From an uncultured Alphaproteobacteria bacterium (GTDB lineage: Bacteria > Pseudomonadota > Alphaproteobacteria > Rs-D84): a DNA stretch of 64,000 bases. This document shows positions 44,718-54,549 of the stretch, in pieces. Numbering within the stretch: the first letter of the stretch is position 1; each line of letters starts with the position of its first letter. The notes beneath the pieces are model-generated. The model worked only from the letters and a program-made list of their open reading frames with translations, had not been told where the DNA came from and searched no databases. The position numbers and the translations under genes were made by a program. Location of the stretch: contig CALXOX010000001.1 of the NCBI GenBank assembly GCA_944390125.1, forward strand, positions 206,990 through 270,989, written 5' to 3'.

Positions 44718-45670
44718 TTCGCCCCCCTAAATAATTCCAAAATCTTTGCATGTACATTTTCTAAAGTATCATACACCACAGCCCCTGCAGCACAATCATG
44801 TCCTCCCCCACCAAGTGCCATTGCAATATGATTTACAGACTTTGTCTTGCTGCGCAGAGATACCCCCACCTGTTTTTCCTTTTGTTGTTTTAACAAAGCA
44901 ATATACTCAACACCTTTTATCTGTCCCAACAAAGACAAAACGATATCGCCGCGCCCGTCTAAATTCTTATAGTCTTTAGAATCTATAATCGCTATTGCAA
45001 GGCTGCCATGGTAAAAAAATTCTGCACGAGATGCGACCGCTGCTTCAGTCAAAACTGTCTTACGTGGTTTGTTATTTAATAAATTAGATAACCTATCTAT
45101 ATCAACCCCACTATCAACCAACTTTGCCATTATACGGAGTACTGTGCCTTCGCGAGTGTACTTAAAAAAACCTGTATCGGTAAGAATTGATATAGCCAAC
45201 AAATCATTTACAACATCATCTGCTCTCCATCCCGATTTTTTTGCAATATCAAAAATAATTTCCCCCACAGATGAAGACTTATCATTGTTCAAACATAAAT
45301 TACCAATAGTGTCATCATTTTTATGGTGATCTATTTCGATTATAAATTTCGCCTTTTCTACAGCTGGCATTGCCCCACCAATATGATTTTTTGTTCCGTA
45401 ATCTAATACGAAAACCAAATCAAAGGCTTTAGACAAATTCATGTGTTCATGATATTGCATAGTATCGCGCAAAGGCACATTATCGAACATATCAGGAATG
45501 TTACCGTCATAAACACACACAGCATTTTTATCAAAATTTATTTTCAATAATCTTGATAATGCCAAAACCGAGCACAACGAATCGCCATCAGGATTTTTAT
45601 GTCCCGAGATCAGGATTCTTTTTGCGCCCTGAATTTTATCAATCAAAATTTTTAGTACTTCTGCTTTCAT
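44714..45670 (-). CDS. DHH/DHHA1 phosphoesterase (NrnA-like oligoribonuclease/pAp phosphatase)
   Basis: Track ORF of 318 aa. Contains GHKNPDGDS, IEIDHHKN and GGGGHDCAAG. Confidence 0.8.
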   Translation of the reverse strand: MKAEVLKILIDKIQGAKRILISGHKNPDGDSLCSVLALSRLLKINFDKNAVCVYDGNIPDMFDNVPLRDTMQYHEHMNLSKAFDLVFVLDYGTKNHIGGAMPAVEKAKFIIEIDHHKNDDTIGNLCLNNDKSSSVGEIIFDIAKKSGWRADDVVNDLLAISILTDTGFFKYTREGTVLRIMAKLVDSGVDIDRLSNLLNNKPRKTVLTEAAVASRAEFFYHGSLAIAIIDSKDYKNLDGRGDIVLSLLGQIKGVEYIALLKQQKEKQVGVSLRSKTKSVNHIAMALGGGGHDCAAGAVVYDTLENVHAKILELFRGAK

Positions 45671-45672
45671 GC

Positions 45673-47436
45673 TTATACCGCAATGTCTTCCAAAAAGAAC
45701 TGTGCACTGACATGCCCGTTGTATTCATTTTCTTTTAACTTGCCCAACAACATTATTTTAGTGTTTGTGTTAGCATCGTCCAGCAAAAAATCACCTACTG
45801 GCGTACCAACCAAATTAAATCCAACAAAAGCCAATTGACTGCCACTGCTGGTTGTAACAGTTCCGCGTAAATGTGCCCCATGCCCCATTGTTGTAGCATA
45901 ACGCAAAGACGCCCCATACAAAATCAAGGTAGGCTCCGGATTTCCCTGTCCGAAAGGCTCCAAAGAGCTCAATTTATTTACCAGTTTTAATGTGGCGCCG
46001 CCAGCATCTAATTCCGCATCCGCCACGACTTCACGATGCGGTAATTCTCCATGTAATTGTTCTTTAACAGCCTGCTCTAAAAACTCACAAAAAGCAATTT
46101 CGTTTTCCGCAGACAAAGAAAATCCGGCAGCAGCAGCGTGTCCGCCCCCCTCTGATATAATTCCACGCGCCAATGCGTCATGAATAATTTTCCCTAAATC
46201 CACACCTGGAATAGAACGTCCAGAACCATTTATAACACCATCTGTTCTGGTTGCAACACAAGATGGCAAATTATACTTATCTTTCAAACGCCCAGCGATA
46301 ATTCCCATCACACCGCCATGCCAATTATCACCACAAACGAATAAACTACAATGTCCATCCTTGCAGCATTTCTGTGCCATATCACCCGCGGATACCATAA
46401 TTGCATTTTGAATATCAATTCTATCCTGATTCATCTGATGCAATTTTTGTGCTAAATCATTTGCAATTAAAGGATTATCCGTCAGCAATAACTCTAATGC
46501 CGGCGCAGCAGAATCCAATCTACCAGCTGCATTTAATCTGGGGCCCAACGCAAAGCCAGCAGCATATACAGACGGTTTTTTAATACCAGCAATATCCATT
46601 AAAGTACGTAATCCCAAATTATTACGCAATCCTAAAACTTTTAAGCCAGTTGCAACAAAAGCCCTATTTAATCCTGTCAGTGGCATTGTGTCACAAATTG
46701 TTCCCAATGCCACCAAATCCAAATAATTCATAGGATTGGTCTCTGAAATTTTTGCTGCTATATCAGCGTCTAAATCACGTTTTTTCAGTTCTCTACGCAA
46801 GGCAACCAGTGTCAAAAAAGCTACACCGACACCAGCCAAATAAGATAGTTCAGACGTATCATCCGAGCGCTTTGGATTTACCACAGCATCCGCATCTGGC
46901 AAAACAGAGTCAGGCGAATGATGATCAGTAACAACAACTTTCAGTCCCAATGATTTGGCATGTAAAACTTCATCTATTCCACTTATACCACAATCAACCG
47001 TAATTATAAGTTTTGCTCCACTAGCAGCAATTTCATCAATTGCCCCAACATTCAATCCATACCCCTCGCCTTCACGTGTTGGCAAATGCCAAATGACATC
47101 ACCCCCCAGCGCACGCAGATATTTAACAAATATTGCCGTAGATGTAATACCATCAACGTCATAATCCCCATAAATGGCTATTTTTTCTTTATTTAAAATA
47201 CTATCTGCAATTATTGCGGCAGCCTTGTCCATATCTCTAAGAATAGAAGGATCAGGCATATCATCCTTTATGGCCGGATTCAAAAAACGTTCCATTGCAG
47301 CCATATCAGTTATGCCGCGACTGATTAAAATTCTTTGCAACAAATTATCTGCCGAGTTCTGATTTTCGTCTTCCCCCGGATACGACGCCACCGCCCATAC
47401 TTGACCAAGCATGGACTTATCTACAACCTTTCTCAC
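45673..47436 (-). CDS. recJ: Single-stranded-DNA-specific exonuclease RecJ
   Basis: Track ORF of 587 aa. Contains IYGDYDVDGITS, VTDHH and GGGHAAAAG. Confidence 0.9.
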   Translation of the reverse strand: MRKVVDKSMLGQVWAVASYPGEDENQNSADNLLQRILISRGITDMAAMERFLNPAIKDDMPDPSILRDMDKAAAIIADSILNKEKIAIYGDYDVDGITSTAIFVKYLRALGGDVIWHLPTREGEGYGLNVGAIDEIAASGAKLIITVDCGISGIDEVLHAKSLGLKVVVTDHHSPDSVLPDADAVVNPKRSDDTSELSYLAGVGVAFLTLVALRRELKKRDLDADIAAKISETNPMNYLDLVALGTICDTMPLTGLNRAFVATGLKVLGLRNNLGLRTLMDIAGIKKPSVYAAGFALGPRLNAAGRLDSAAPALELLLTDNPLIANDLAQKLHQMNQDRIDIQNAIMVSAGDMAQKCCKDGHCSLFVCGDNWHGGVMGIIAGRLKDKYNLPSCVATRTDGVINGSGRSIPGVDLGKIIHDALARGIISEGGGHAAAAGFSLSAENEIAFCEFLEQAVKEQLHGELPHREVVADAELDAGGATLKLVNKLSSLEPFGQGNPEPTLILYGASLRYATTMGHGAHLRGTVTTSSGSQLAFVGFNLVGTPVGDFLLDDANTNTKIMLLGKLKENEYNGHVSAQFFLEDIAV

Positions 47437-47479
47437 GCTATACTCTTTTATTTATTATCAAAAAGATTATAAACAAAAA

Positions 47480-49105
47480 TTATTCAAATAGCAACGGCAG
47501 TATACTATCAAGAATTTTTCCCGTTGTAGGAACTGCATTCCAAGCGGCGGTACGCAATCCAAAAGACTCTTCTGTACCCCGTGGTTCATCCAAGATAACC
47601 AATATTGTATATTGTGGTGCCGACACAGGGAATATACCAGCAAAAGCTGTTAAATTTTTCTTATGGTTTACCTTACCATTTTCATACTTTTCTGCTGTCG
47701 CAGTTTTACCACCAATCTCCACACCAGCAACACGAGCTTTTCTACCCCCAGTTTGCTCGGCTATATTAAACATAATTTGACGTAATCTGGCAGAAATATC
47801 ACTGGATAAAACTCTTTCACCCCGAACAGGTCCGACTCCTCTTTTCAATAAAGTTGGATAAATATAAATTCCGCCATTCGTCATCGCATTTACAGCCAAC
47901 AATAAGTGCATTGGTGTAACTGAAATACCATGCCCGAAAGATAAAGTTGCACGCTCTACAGGTCCCCACTTGGCGGGCATCAAAGGATGTTCTGTTGTAC
48001 CAAATTCCAACTTCAGGCTTTCATCCAAATGCAAACGGTGAAAAAATTCTTCCTGTGTTCCATCTGGCAAATCCAAAGCAATTTGAGCACTACCTGCATT
48101 ACAAGAATGCAGCATAATTTCTTCTATTGTTAAATTTGGGCGCGGTGGTTTAAAAGTACGAACATCACTGATGCGTGCGGCCGTACGACCAAACTTATCC
48201 TTTATTTCATAAGGTTTAGCAACATAATATTCTTTATTTATCCCATTTTCCATCGCCATAGCCGTATTAAATATCTTAAATATAGACCCCATTTCAAACA
48301 CGCCGCGCAAAGGCATAAACAGACGATTAGATGCCGGGTCTAAATTTATATTTTCTGGATCATAATCTGGCAAAGACACCATTGCTATCATTTCGCCGGT
48401 ACGGGAATTCATAAGCATTCCCATAGCGGCCTTGGCCTGATAATGTTGCATAGCCATAGACAATTGTTCATAAAATACGGATTGAATTCTAGCATCTAGG
48501 GACAACTGTAACGGGTCTGTATTTTCACGAAGATAATCATCATAAATTCGCTCAACCCCTTCTAATCCGAAGCCATCACGCCCAACAAAACCAACAATAT
48601 GAGAAAACAATCTGCGCTTTGGATAACGACGTTTTTGTTCTGCCTCTATCTCCAAGCCCTGTAATTTAGCGTTTTCAACAACTTCACGCTGTGCATCAGA
48701 AGCATACTTTTTTACATAAACAAACTTACGTTGAGAATTTACCAATTCTAACGCCTGTGCTAACGTATATTCATATGGTAAAATATTATGAATAACTTGG
48801 GCGACCTTATCACGATCTTTTACATATGGTGGACGAAGCGTTATATGACCAGACATAATATTTTTAGCTAAAATATCACCATTCCTATCAACAATATCTG
48901 CACGCTGAGCCATCCAAGCACCATCAGCCCCTGCACGTCTAGATCTGTCTGTACCTTCTATTCCCAACTGTAAAGTTCTGCCAATAAATAAAATAAAAAC
49001 GGCAACAAAAACGTAATAAATTATACGCATACGGCGCTGGCCTCTGCGATCACCAGACGCGTTTAAAAAACCGTGCTTAAAGATGTCTCTTCCTATCTCA
49101 AACAT
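47480..49105 (-). CDS. ftsI: Penicillin-binding transpeptidase (FtsI/PBP3-like)
   Basis: Track ORF of 541 aa with an N-terminal TM helix. Motifs SxxK (GSIFKIF), SxN (HSCN) and KT[GA] (GGKTATAE). It follows the ftsL-like gene. Confidence 0.8.
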   Translation of the reverse strand: MFEIGRDIFKHGFLNASGDRRGQRRMRIIYYVFVAVFILFIGRTLQLGIEGTDRSRRAGADGAWMAQRADIVDRNGDILAKNIMSGHITLRPPYVKDRDKVAQVIHNILPYEYTLAQALELVNSQRKFVYVKKYASDAQREVVENAKLQGLEIEAEQKRRYPKRRLFSHIVGFVGRDGFGLEGVERIYDDYLRENTDPLQLSLDARIQSVFYEQLSMAMQHYQAKAAMGMLMNSRTGEMIAMVSLPDYDPENINLDPASNRLFMPLRGVFEMGSIFKIFNTAMAMENGINKEYYVAKPYEIKDKFGRTAARISDVRTFKPPRPNLTIEEIMLHSCNAGSAQIALDLPDGTQEEFFHRLHLDESLKLEFGTTEHPLMPAKWGPVERATLSFGHGISVTPMHLLLAVNAMTNGGIYIYPTLLKRGVGPVRGERVLSSDISARLRQIMFNIAEQTGGRKARVAGVEIGGKTATAEKYENGKVNHKKNLTAFAGIFPVSAPQYTILVILDEPRGTEESFGLRTAAWNAVPTTGKILDSILPLLFE

Positions 49106-49107
49106 TA

Positions 49108-49437
49108 TTACTGCTGCGTTTTTTCTTCCCTAGCCGGCAAATCATAAACAGAAACATGCTTATGAAAGCTTATCACTTCCGCTTTTGGGTAAACACTAGT
49201 GACTAAATTTCTTAAAATTTCTGGCCTTACATAAGACGCGAAATCAGCCTGTGCGACAGCAATATCTTGCTGTGTCTGAACAATTGCAGAACGCACACGA
49301 TTACGCGCCCTATTCTGGGTGCGATAACAAACCTGAAGTACGGCCGACAGCATAAACATCAAACACACTGCCATAAAACCAATATTTAACATTCGTTTTG
49401 CTTCACCCATGTCTCCCGCCCACATAAATAAATTCAT
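49108..49437 (-). CDS. ftsL: FtsL-like cell division protein
   Basis: Track ORF of 109 aa. Single TM helix plus a short coiled region. Its position directly upstream of ftsI supports the call. Confidence 0.55.
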   Translation of the reverse strand: MNLFMWAGDMGEAKRMLNIGFMAVCLMFMLSAVLQVCYRTQNRARNRVRSAIVQTQQDIAVAQADFASYVRPEILRNLVTSVYPKAEVISFHKHVSVYDLPAREEKTQQ

Positions 49438-49447
49438 AGTAATGTTA

Positions 49448-49810
49448 TCATAAATTCTGTAAAAAACGAATCATAGAATTCAGCCCACCTAGTCTGCCGC
49501 TTCCAAGGTTTATATTCAGGGAAGAAAACTCACCTAACAAATCCATCTGCTTTATTTCCAATGGCGTTTTTCCATCTACCATCGCCGTAATTATTGCAAT
49601 AATTCCACGCACCAAAGCCGAATCGGCACGCCCATAAAAATTGTTTCCCTTCCGACAAATCTCGGCATATGATGCACATCCAATGATTTCTGTACAAATG
49701 GCATCTTCTGGAACGGTCGGCATACACTTGCCAAAGTCCATAACTATTTCTAACTTTTCAACAGGATCCGATATAACAGATAAAAGATTTTTCATTTCTT
49801 GGTAAGTCAT
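49448..49810 (-). CDS. sufE: Sulfur acceptor SufE
   Basis: Track ORF 49448..49978. I prefer M57 (MTYQEMKNLL), which abuts the stop of the upstream gene. It has the conserved GCAS cysteine loop (EIIGCASY). Confidence 0.8.
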   Translation of the reverse strand: MTYQEMKNLLSVISDPVEKLEIVMDFGKCMPTVPEDAICTEIIGCASYAEICRKGNNFYGRADSALVRGIIAIITAMVDGKTPLEIKQMDLLGEFSSLNINLGSGRLGGLNSMIRFLQNL

Positions 49811-49812
49811 AA

Positions 49813-50121
49813 TTACCACCCCTGTTCTGTTAAATCTAAGTCCAATCTGGCCTGTTCGGACATACGCGACAAATCCCAAGGCGGGTCCCACACTAAATCT
49901 ACTTTTACGTCGCGTCCCCCAGATATCGCTGCGACCGAATCGTGAACCTGTTGTAACAATTCTTCCATCATAGGACACGTAGGACTTGTAAAAGTCATAG
50001 TAATAATAATTTCTTTATCACTGATGGCAATATCATATACCAAACCCAAATCCCATATATTGACTGGAATTTCTGGGTCATATACAGATTTTAACGCATC
50101 TATAATAATATCTTTATTCAT
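49813..50121 (-). CDS. sufT: DUF59/SufT-type Fe-S assembly protein
   Basis: Track ORF of 102 aa. Contains DPEIPVNIWDLGLVY and TSPTCPM. Confidence 0.8.
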   Translation of the reverse strand: MNKDIIIDALKSVYDPEIPVNIWDLGLVYDIAISDKEIIITMTFTSPTCPMMEELLQQVHDSVAAISGGRDVKVDLVWDPPWDLSRMSEQARLDLDLTEQGW

Positions 50122-51263
50122 TATTTAACTATACCTTCTATAATATCAGCTGCTTTTTGAACATCTGACATAGTATTCCAAGAGCCAACAGAAATTCTGA
50201 CCGTACCAGACAATTCCATTAAATTATGCAACCAACCAGCACACATATTTCCAACACGCAAACATAGCCCCATTGTACCGACCATTACACCAAAATCCAA
50301 CACATGCATATTTTTTGGAACGAATGTGAACATAGCAGAATCACGTTCTGTTATTACTTTAATATTTTCGTTCTTTGATAATCTATCATACAAATATTTT
50401 ATTAAATCTAAATTTGGTCGATGCGAAATCAAATGTTCAATCGCCGGTTCTAATCCAATTATTTGAGTCAGCGGCAATGTACCCGCTTCAAACTTAGCCG
50501 GTGCCGTTTCCCATTTCACACTATAATTACTAGATGCCGCACTACCAACTATTCTAGAAACCATTCCGCCACCAAATTTATCTGGCGACACCCAACGGTC
50601 AGGTTCTTTGATATACATTACCCCCAAACCCGTATCCGCACCAATTTTATGAGCAGAAAAACACATAAAATCACAATTCCACTTTTGCACGTCAATTTTT
50701 TCATGCACGACATATTGCGCAGCATCAACAATGGTAATTACATTTGGATTTTTTTTACGTGCCGCAGAAATCAAACCCTGAACGTCTTGCGCAACACCTA
50801 AAACATTTGACATAGCGGTTATTACAAAAACATCAGCCTTAGGTAAATCTGAACACATCAAATTATAATTTCTATCCATTGGACACAGGACGATTTTACA
50901 ATCAAACGAATTACGTAAAACCTCAAAAGGTAGGCGCGCAGAATGGTGGTCTAAATCCGACACCATAATAGTCTTGTTTTTTAATGTCTCTCCGCTAACG
51001 GGATTATCAATAATTTTTGCGATTCTATTCATTCCATCTGTCGTACCAGATGTAAAAATAATTTGAGTCTCATCCTCTGCCCCGATAAAATCAGCAACTT
51101 TTTTACGAACATGCGATACGGTCGTATCAACAGCCACTGCACGTGCACACACTCCCCTTCCCGCATTAGCATAAGAATCGCGTAAAAACTCTGTTTCGGC
51201 CTTTATAACAGATTCGGGTTTTAAGGCAGACGCAGCAGCATCTAAGTATATGATATTATTCAT
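50121..51263 (-). CDS. sufS: Cysteine desulfurase SufS (class V aminotransferase)
   Basis: Track ORF 50121..51599. The true start is taken as M113 (MNNIIYLDAAASALKP). PLP-Lys motif SAHKIG. The longer form would overlap trxA. Confidence 0.9.
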   Translation of the reverse strand: MNNIIYLDAAASALKPESVIKAETEFLRDSYANAGRGVCARAVAVDTTVSHVRKKVADFIGAEDETQIIFTSGTTDGMNRIAKIIDNPVSGETLKNKTIMVSDLDHHSARLPFEVLRNSFDCKIVLCPMDRNYNLMCSDLPKADVFVITAMSNVLGVAQDVQGLISAARKKNPNVITIVDAAQYVVHEKIDVQKWNCDFMCFSAHKIGADTGLGVMYIKEPDRWVSPDKFGGGMVSRIVGSAASSNYSVKWETAPAKFEAGTLPLTQIIGLEPAIEHLISHRPNLDLIKYLYDRLSKNENIKVITERDSAMFTFVPKNMHVLDFGVMVGTMGLCLRVGNMCAGWLHNLMELSGTVRISVGSWNTMSDVQKAADIIEGIVK

Positions 51264-51336
51264 TTTATGATTTCTCTTGCATTTTGTGGCGATTATAATA
51301 CACTCGAGAAAAATATCAACAAGGAAGGAGATAAAG

Positions 51337-51657
51337 ATGGCTTTGGAACACGCAAATGACGCAACATTTGATTCATTGACAGCTTCCGGTATCGCATTGG
51401 TTGATTTCTGGGCACCTTGGTGCGGTCCATGCCGTATGTTTGGTCCTATTTTTGAATCTACCTCCGAAAAGGTACCTGATGTAAAATTCATAAAATTTGA
51501 GATAGATGAATCAAACCGTCGTACACCGGCAAAATTTGGTATTCGCAGCATTCCGAGCGTACTGGCATTTCGTAATGGCGAATTGATTGAAGCACGCACA
51601 GGTTTGATGGACGAAGAAACACTTATGGATTGGATAGGTGAACTAAAAGGATCCTAA
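51337..51657 (+). CDS. trxA: Thioredoxin
   Basis: Track ORF 51277..51657. The ATG at 51337 follows GGAAGGAG. Active site WAPWCGPC. Confidence 0.92.
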   Translation: MALEHANDATFDSLTASGIALVDFWAPWCGPCRMFGPIFESTSEKVPDVKFIKFEIDESNRRTPAKFGIRSIPSVLAFRNGELIEARTGLMDEETLMDWIGELKGS

Positions 51658-51659
51658 AG

Positions 51660-52088
51660 ATGGCAAAAGAAGATTATAAGAATTTGGAATTACCGCCAAA
51701 ATACGTACCGAAGAAATCGGAACCATATATGTGCCCACAACAGTTGGCATATTTTTACCAGTTGCTAAGTGCACAAAAAGACGAATTACTACACGATACC
51801 GATTCGACATTGAGTGCCGTACGTATTGCAGAAAAGGCAGATTCTGCCGGCGTTGGAGACGATTCGGATAACGCGACATTCGAACAAGAAATAACAATGA
51901 ATTTGCGCATGTCTGAACGTGACAATAATTTATTGAGAAAAATAAACGCTGCGTTAGAACGTATGGAAAATGGAACATATGGATATAGCGTTGTTTCTGG
52001 TGAAGAAATTGGTATATCACGTATGTTGGCTCGTCCTTTGGCAACTATGACAGTTGATGAACAGGAAGAGTACGAAAAGCGTAAATAA
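51660..52088 (+). CDS. dksA: DksA/TraR-family RNA polymerase-binding regulator (Cys-less finger)
   Basis: Track ORF of 142 aa. Coiled-coil with acidic tip (GDDSDNATFEQE). C-terminal GTYGYSVVSGEEIG occupies the position of the C4 zinc finger. Confidence 0.8.
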   Translation: MAKEDYKNLELPPKYVPKKSEPYMCPQQLAYFYQLLSAQKDELLHDTDSTLSAVRIAEKADSAGVGDDSDNATFEQEITMNLRMSERDNNLLRKINAALERMENGTYGYSVVSGEEIGISRMLARPLATMTVDEQEEYEKRK

Positions 52089-52174
52089 TCTTAAATAATC
52101 CCCTAAATGGGGATTTTTTTATTCACAAAAATAGCGAAAACTTATAACTAATAGTACCAGCAAAGAATTTTTTA

Positions 52175-54094
52175 CTACTTATTTTCCGTATTTTTATCAA
52201 AAATTCCGCCATTTAACAGAACATCACCAACCACACCACCAACAATTCCAACGCCACCAACGACAGCACCCGTTTTTATATTTTGTGATGTTTTATCAGA
52301 TTGTGCCTGTAACACTTCAGCATCAGCGCCGTCTGGATTCATCAACGCTTTTGATACAGAGGCATACGTTCCATTTACTCCTGTGGATTCATTATCATAT
52401 AAACCAGTTTCAGATGCATTTAATACAACCTCCGACTCTATCCCCGGTTTCATTTCCAACGCCTCTTTCCTGCTCTTTAAATCGGCTGCCAATGAAACAT
52501 ATTCATTATATAGCGGCAACAATACATTCGCACCAGGAAGCGTTATATTGCTTTCGCCACCCTTTACGTTCATCCCAGAACCATAATCGCACTTAAATGT
52601 AGCCAAATATGCACTCATATCTTGTTCAGCATCTGTATCAGCGTTTTTCTCTGCCAACCCAGACGCCAACATCATTCCGCCTATACCGCCTGCCCCAATT
52701 GCTGCCGCACCAAGTATACGATTTCCTAAAGATTGCTCTTTAGCCTTTGCTTCTTCATACGCTTTTTGGGCCTGTCGATAATTATCCAGTTTTACATCAT
52801 AAGAAACTAAATTATCCAAAATATCAAATATTTCTGCATTAGTTGTGTTTTCAGTAACAGAATCAATTGCACTAACTACCTGATTTCCCAAAGCATCAAT
52901 TTGTTGCTTTTCCTCTTCCAACATTTTTTCCATATTCTCCATGGCGGTTCCAGCTGACGCACCAGACGCATCAATAAAACTTGCAACAGGAAGTAAGTTT
53001 TTCTGACCACCATCAGTCGTGTTTATGGATTCTACATAATTACTCGGCATAGCCAATGGCGCAGCAATTTCATCTATTTTTGCCGCATCAGATACAGAAC
53101 CATTATTCCAAACTTTTCGTCCACTTATGATATCTGCCAAAACATCTTTCGATGGGGAAGTTTTTTTCATTTCTTTCAATGCGGCCGCAAAGTTTGAAGA
53201 CGCAGAATATAAAGACTTATTCTCGCCAAACTCATCAGCATCAAAAGAAGTTCTTGATCTTGATAAAATTCCGTATATCTGATTATCATTAGCCCACGCA
53301 GCGCCACCAGAATTGCCCTCAGATGACTGACAATTACCATTATAAGAAAAAGCAACTAATTGATTTGCTCTATCCACAACACTAACATCACCAACGCCTG
53401 TCAATTCACAGGATTTGTCTGCCTTCAATCTATATCGTTTTTTTCCAGACGCAACATCCCAATCCTTCAACTCTTTTCCATCAAGCAATGTTGTAAAGTC
53501 ACTATAAAATTTATCTAAATAATTTTCTGCGCTTTCATAAGAAGGCATATTTTTTTCTAAAAGTTTTTTATGTATTTTTTCTATTTCATCTGGTGTCAAT
53601 ATTCTTAACCAGCCAAAACCAGCAATTTGAACATTTACAGGAAAACTTGCATCATTTTTTTTTAAAGAGTCCGGAAAATAATCGAAATATTCTTTACTAA
53701 AAAAGTGCCCATCTGTTACACGCAACAATGCCCAATCATCAGCCAAAGACCTTCCATATTTTTCTAAAACAGCCCACGTCTCTCTACCATCATATGTCTC
53801 TATTGGAATTTTCTCACCTATCATTTGATAATCATCATAAGTACTTCCATAAATCAAACAATGCCTAGCCGTTAAAATTATGTCTGGTGCAACATATTGC
53901 CCTGTACAGGTCACCAAAACCCAATCAGCAGAAAAAGTATTCCCCTTTATCAACACAATTTTATTATATGGCGCTGCAGACCAATCTACATATTCACGCT
54001 TATCAACATCGCCAATATAAGCACTTGCCACACATGGCACACACAACAGCACCGCAAAAATAAATATGCGCAATAACAATTTAACTTCACCCAA
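52175..54094 (-). CDS. Secreted trypsin-like (S1) serine protease fused to a coiled-coil and two glycine-zipper segments
   Basis: Track ORF of 639 aa with a signal peptide. Catalytic triad context TARHC, DDWALLRV and GNSGG. The C-terminal half has LGNRILGAAAIGAGGIGGMMLASG and GAVVGGVGIVGGVVGDVLL. Confidence 0.75.
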   Translation of the reverse strand: MGEVKLLLRIFIFAVLLCVPCVASAYIGDVDKREYVDWSAAPYNKIVLIKGNTFSADWVLVTCTGQYVAPDIILTARHCLIYGSTYDDYQMIGEKIPIETYDGRETWAVLEKYGRSLADDWALLRVTDGHFFSKEYFDYFPDSLKKNDASFPVNVQIAGFGWLRILTPDEIEKIHKKLLEKNMPSYESAENYLDKFYSDFTTLLDGKELKDWDVASGKKRYRLKADKSCELTGVGDVSVVDRANQLVAFSYNGNCQSSEGNSGGAAWANDNQIYGILSRSRTSFDADEFGENKSLYSASSNFAAALKEMKKTSPSKDVLADIISGRKVWNNGSVSDAAKIDEIAAPLAMPSNYVESINTTDGGQKNLLPVASFIDASGASAGTAMENMEKMLEEEKQQIDALGNQVVSAIDSVTENTTNAEIFDILDNLVSYDVKLDNYRQAQKAYEEAKAKEQSLGNRILGAAAIGAGGIGGMMLASGLAEKNADTDAEQDMSAYLATFKCDYGSGMNVKGGESNITLPGANVLLPLYNEYVSLAADLKSRKEALEMKPGIESEVVLNASETGLYDNESTGVNGTYASVSKALMNPDGADAEVLQAQSDKTSQNIKTGAVVGGVGIVGGVVGDVLLNGGIFDKNTENK

Positions 54095-54255
54095 AAACTA
54101 CTAGATGATTTTATCACAAAAGGCCATCTTTTTAAACAAAAAACCGGCGAAAGCCGGTTTTTATACACAAAAATACTAAAAGAAATACGAAACATGAATT
54201 TCATCTTACACATGCATAAAAACTACACATGTGTACCCATGCCGCAAGCCTTATT

Positions 54256-54531
54256 TTATTTTTTCGTTACGACATTCTTTGCAGATTTTTTTACTGTTGC
54301 CTTTTTTACACCTTTCTTTGCAGTACTCTTCTTAGCAACTTTTTTTTCATCTGACGCAGGTTCTACTTTTTTCGCTTCTTTTTTATTTCCAGTATTTTTT
54401 ATCTCTTTCTTAAAGACATTGATACCATCGGCCAAATTCTTCATCATGCCAGGAATTTTGTTATGTCCAAACAAAATCAGAACCAAAACAACAATTACAA
54501 GTATTTCAGCCCAACCAAAACGTCCAAACAT
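54256..54531 (-). CDS. tatA: Twin-arginine translocase subunit TatA/E
   Basis: Track ORF of 91 aa. MFGRFGWAEILVIVVLVLILFG followed by an amphipathic, Lys-rich tail. Confidence 0.85.
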   Translation of the reverse strand: MFGRFGWAEILVIVVLVLILFGHNKIPGMMKNLADGINVFKKEIKNTGNKKEAKKVEPASDEKKVAKKSTAKKGVKKATVKKSAKNVVTKK

Positions 54532-54549
54532 CTGAACTACCTCTTAATA

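Noticed and set aside
49811-49978. N-terminal extension of the sufE ORF
   Set aside because: It would overlap the DUF59/SufT gene by 166 nt. M57 abuts the upstream stop and matches the normal SufE length.
51264-51599. N-terminal extension of the sufS track ORF (50121..51599)
   Set aside because: The extension overlaps trxA on the other strand and has no homology-like features. Cysteine desulfurases start near MNNIIYLDAAA, which is M113 at 51263.
54194-54535. 113-aa plus-strand ORF
   Set aside because: It is antisense to tatA. Its Phe-rich product is the mirror of the Lys-rich TatA tail.
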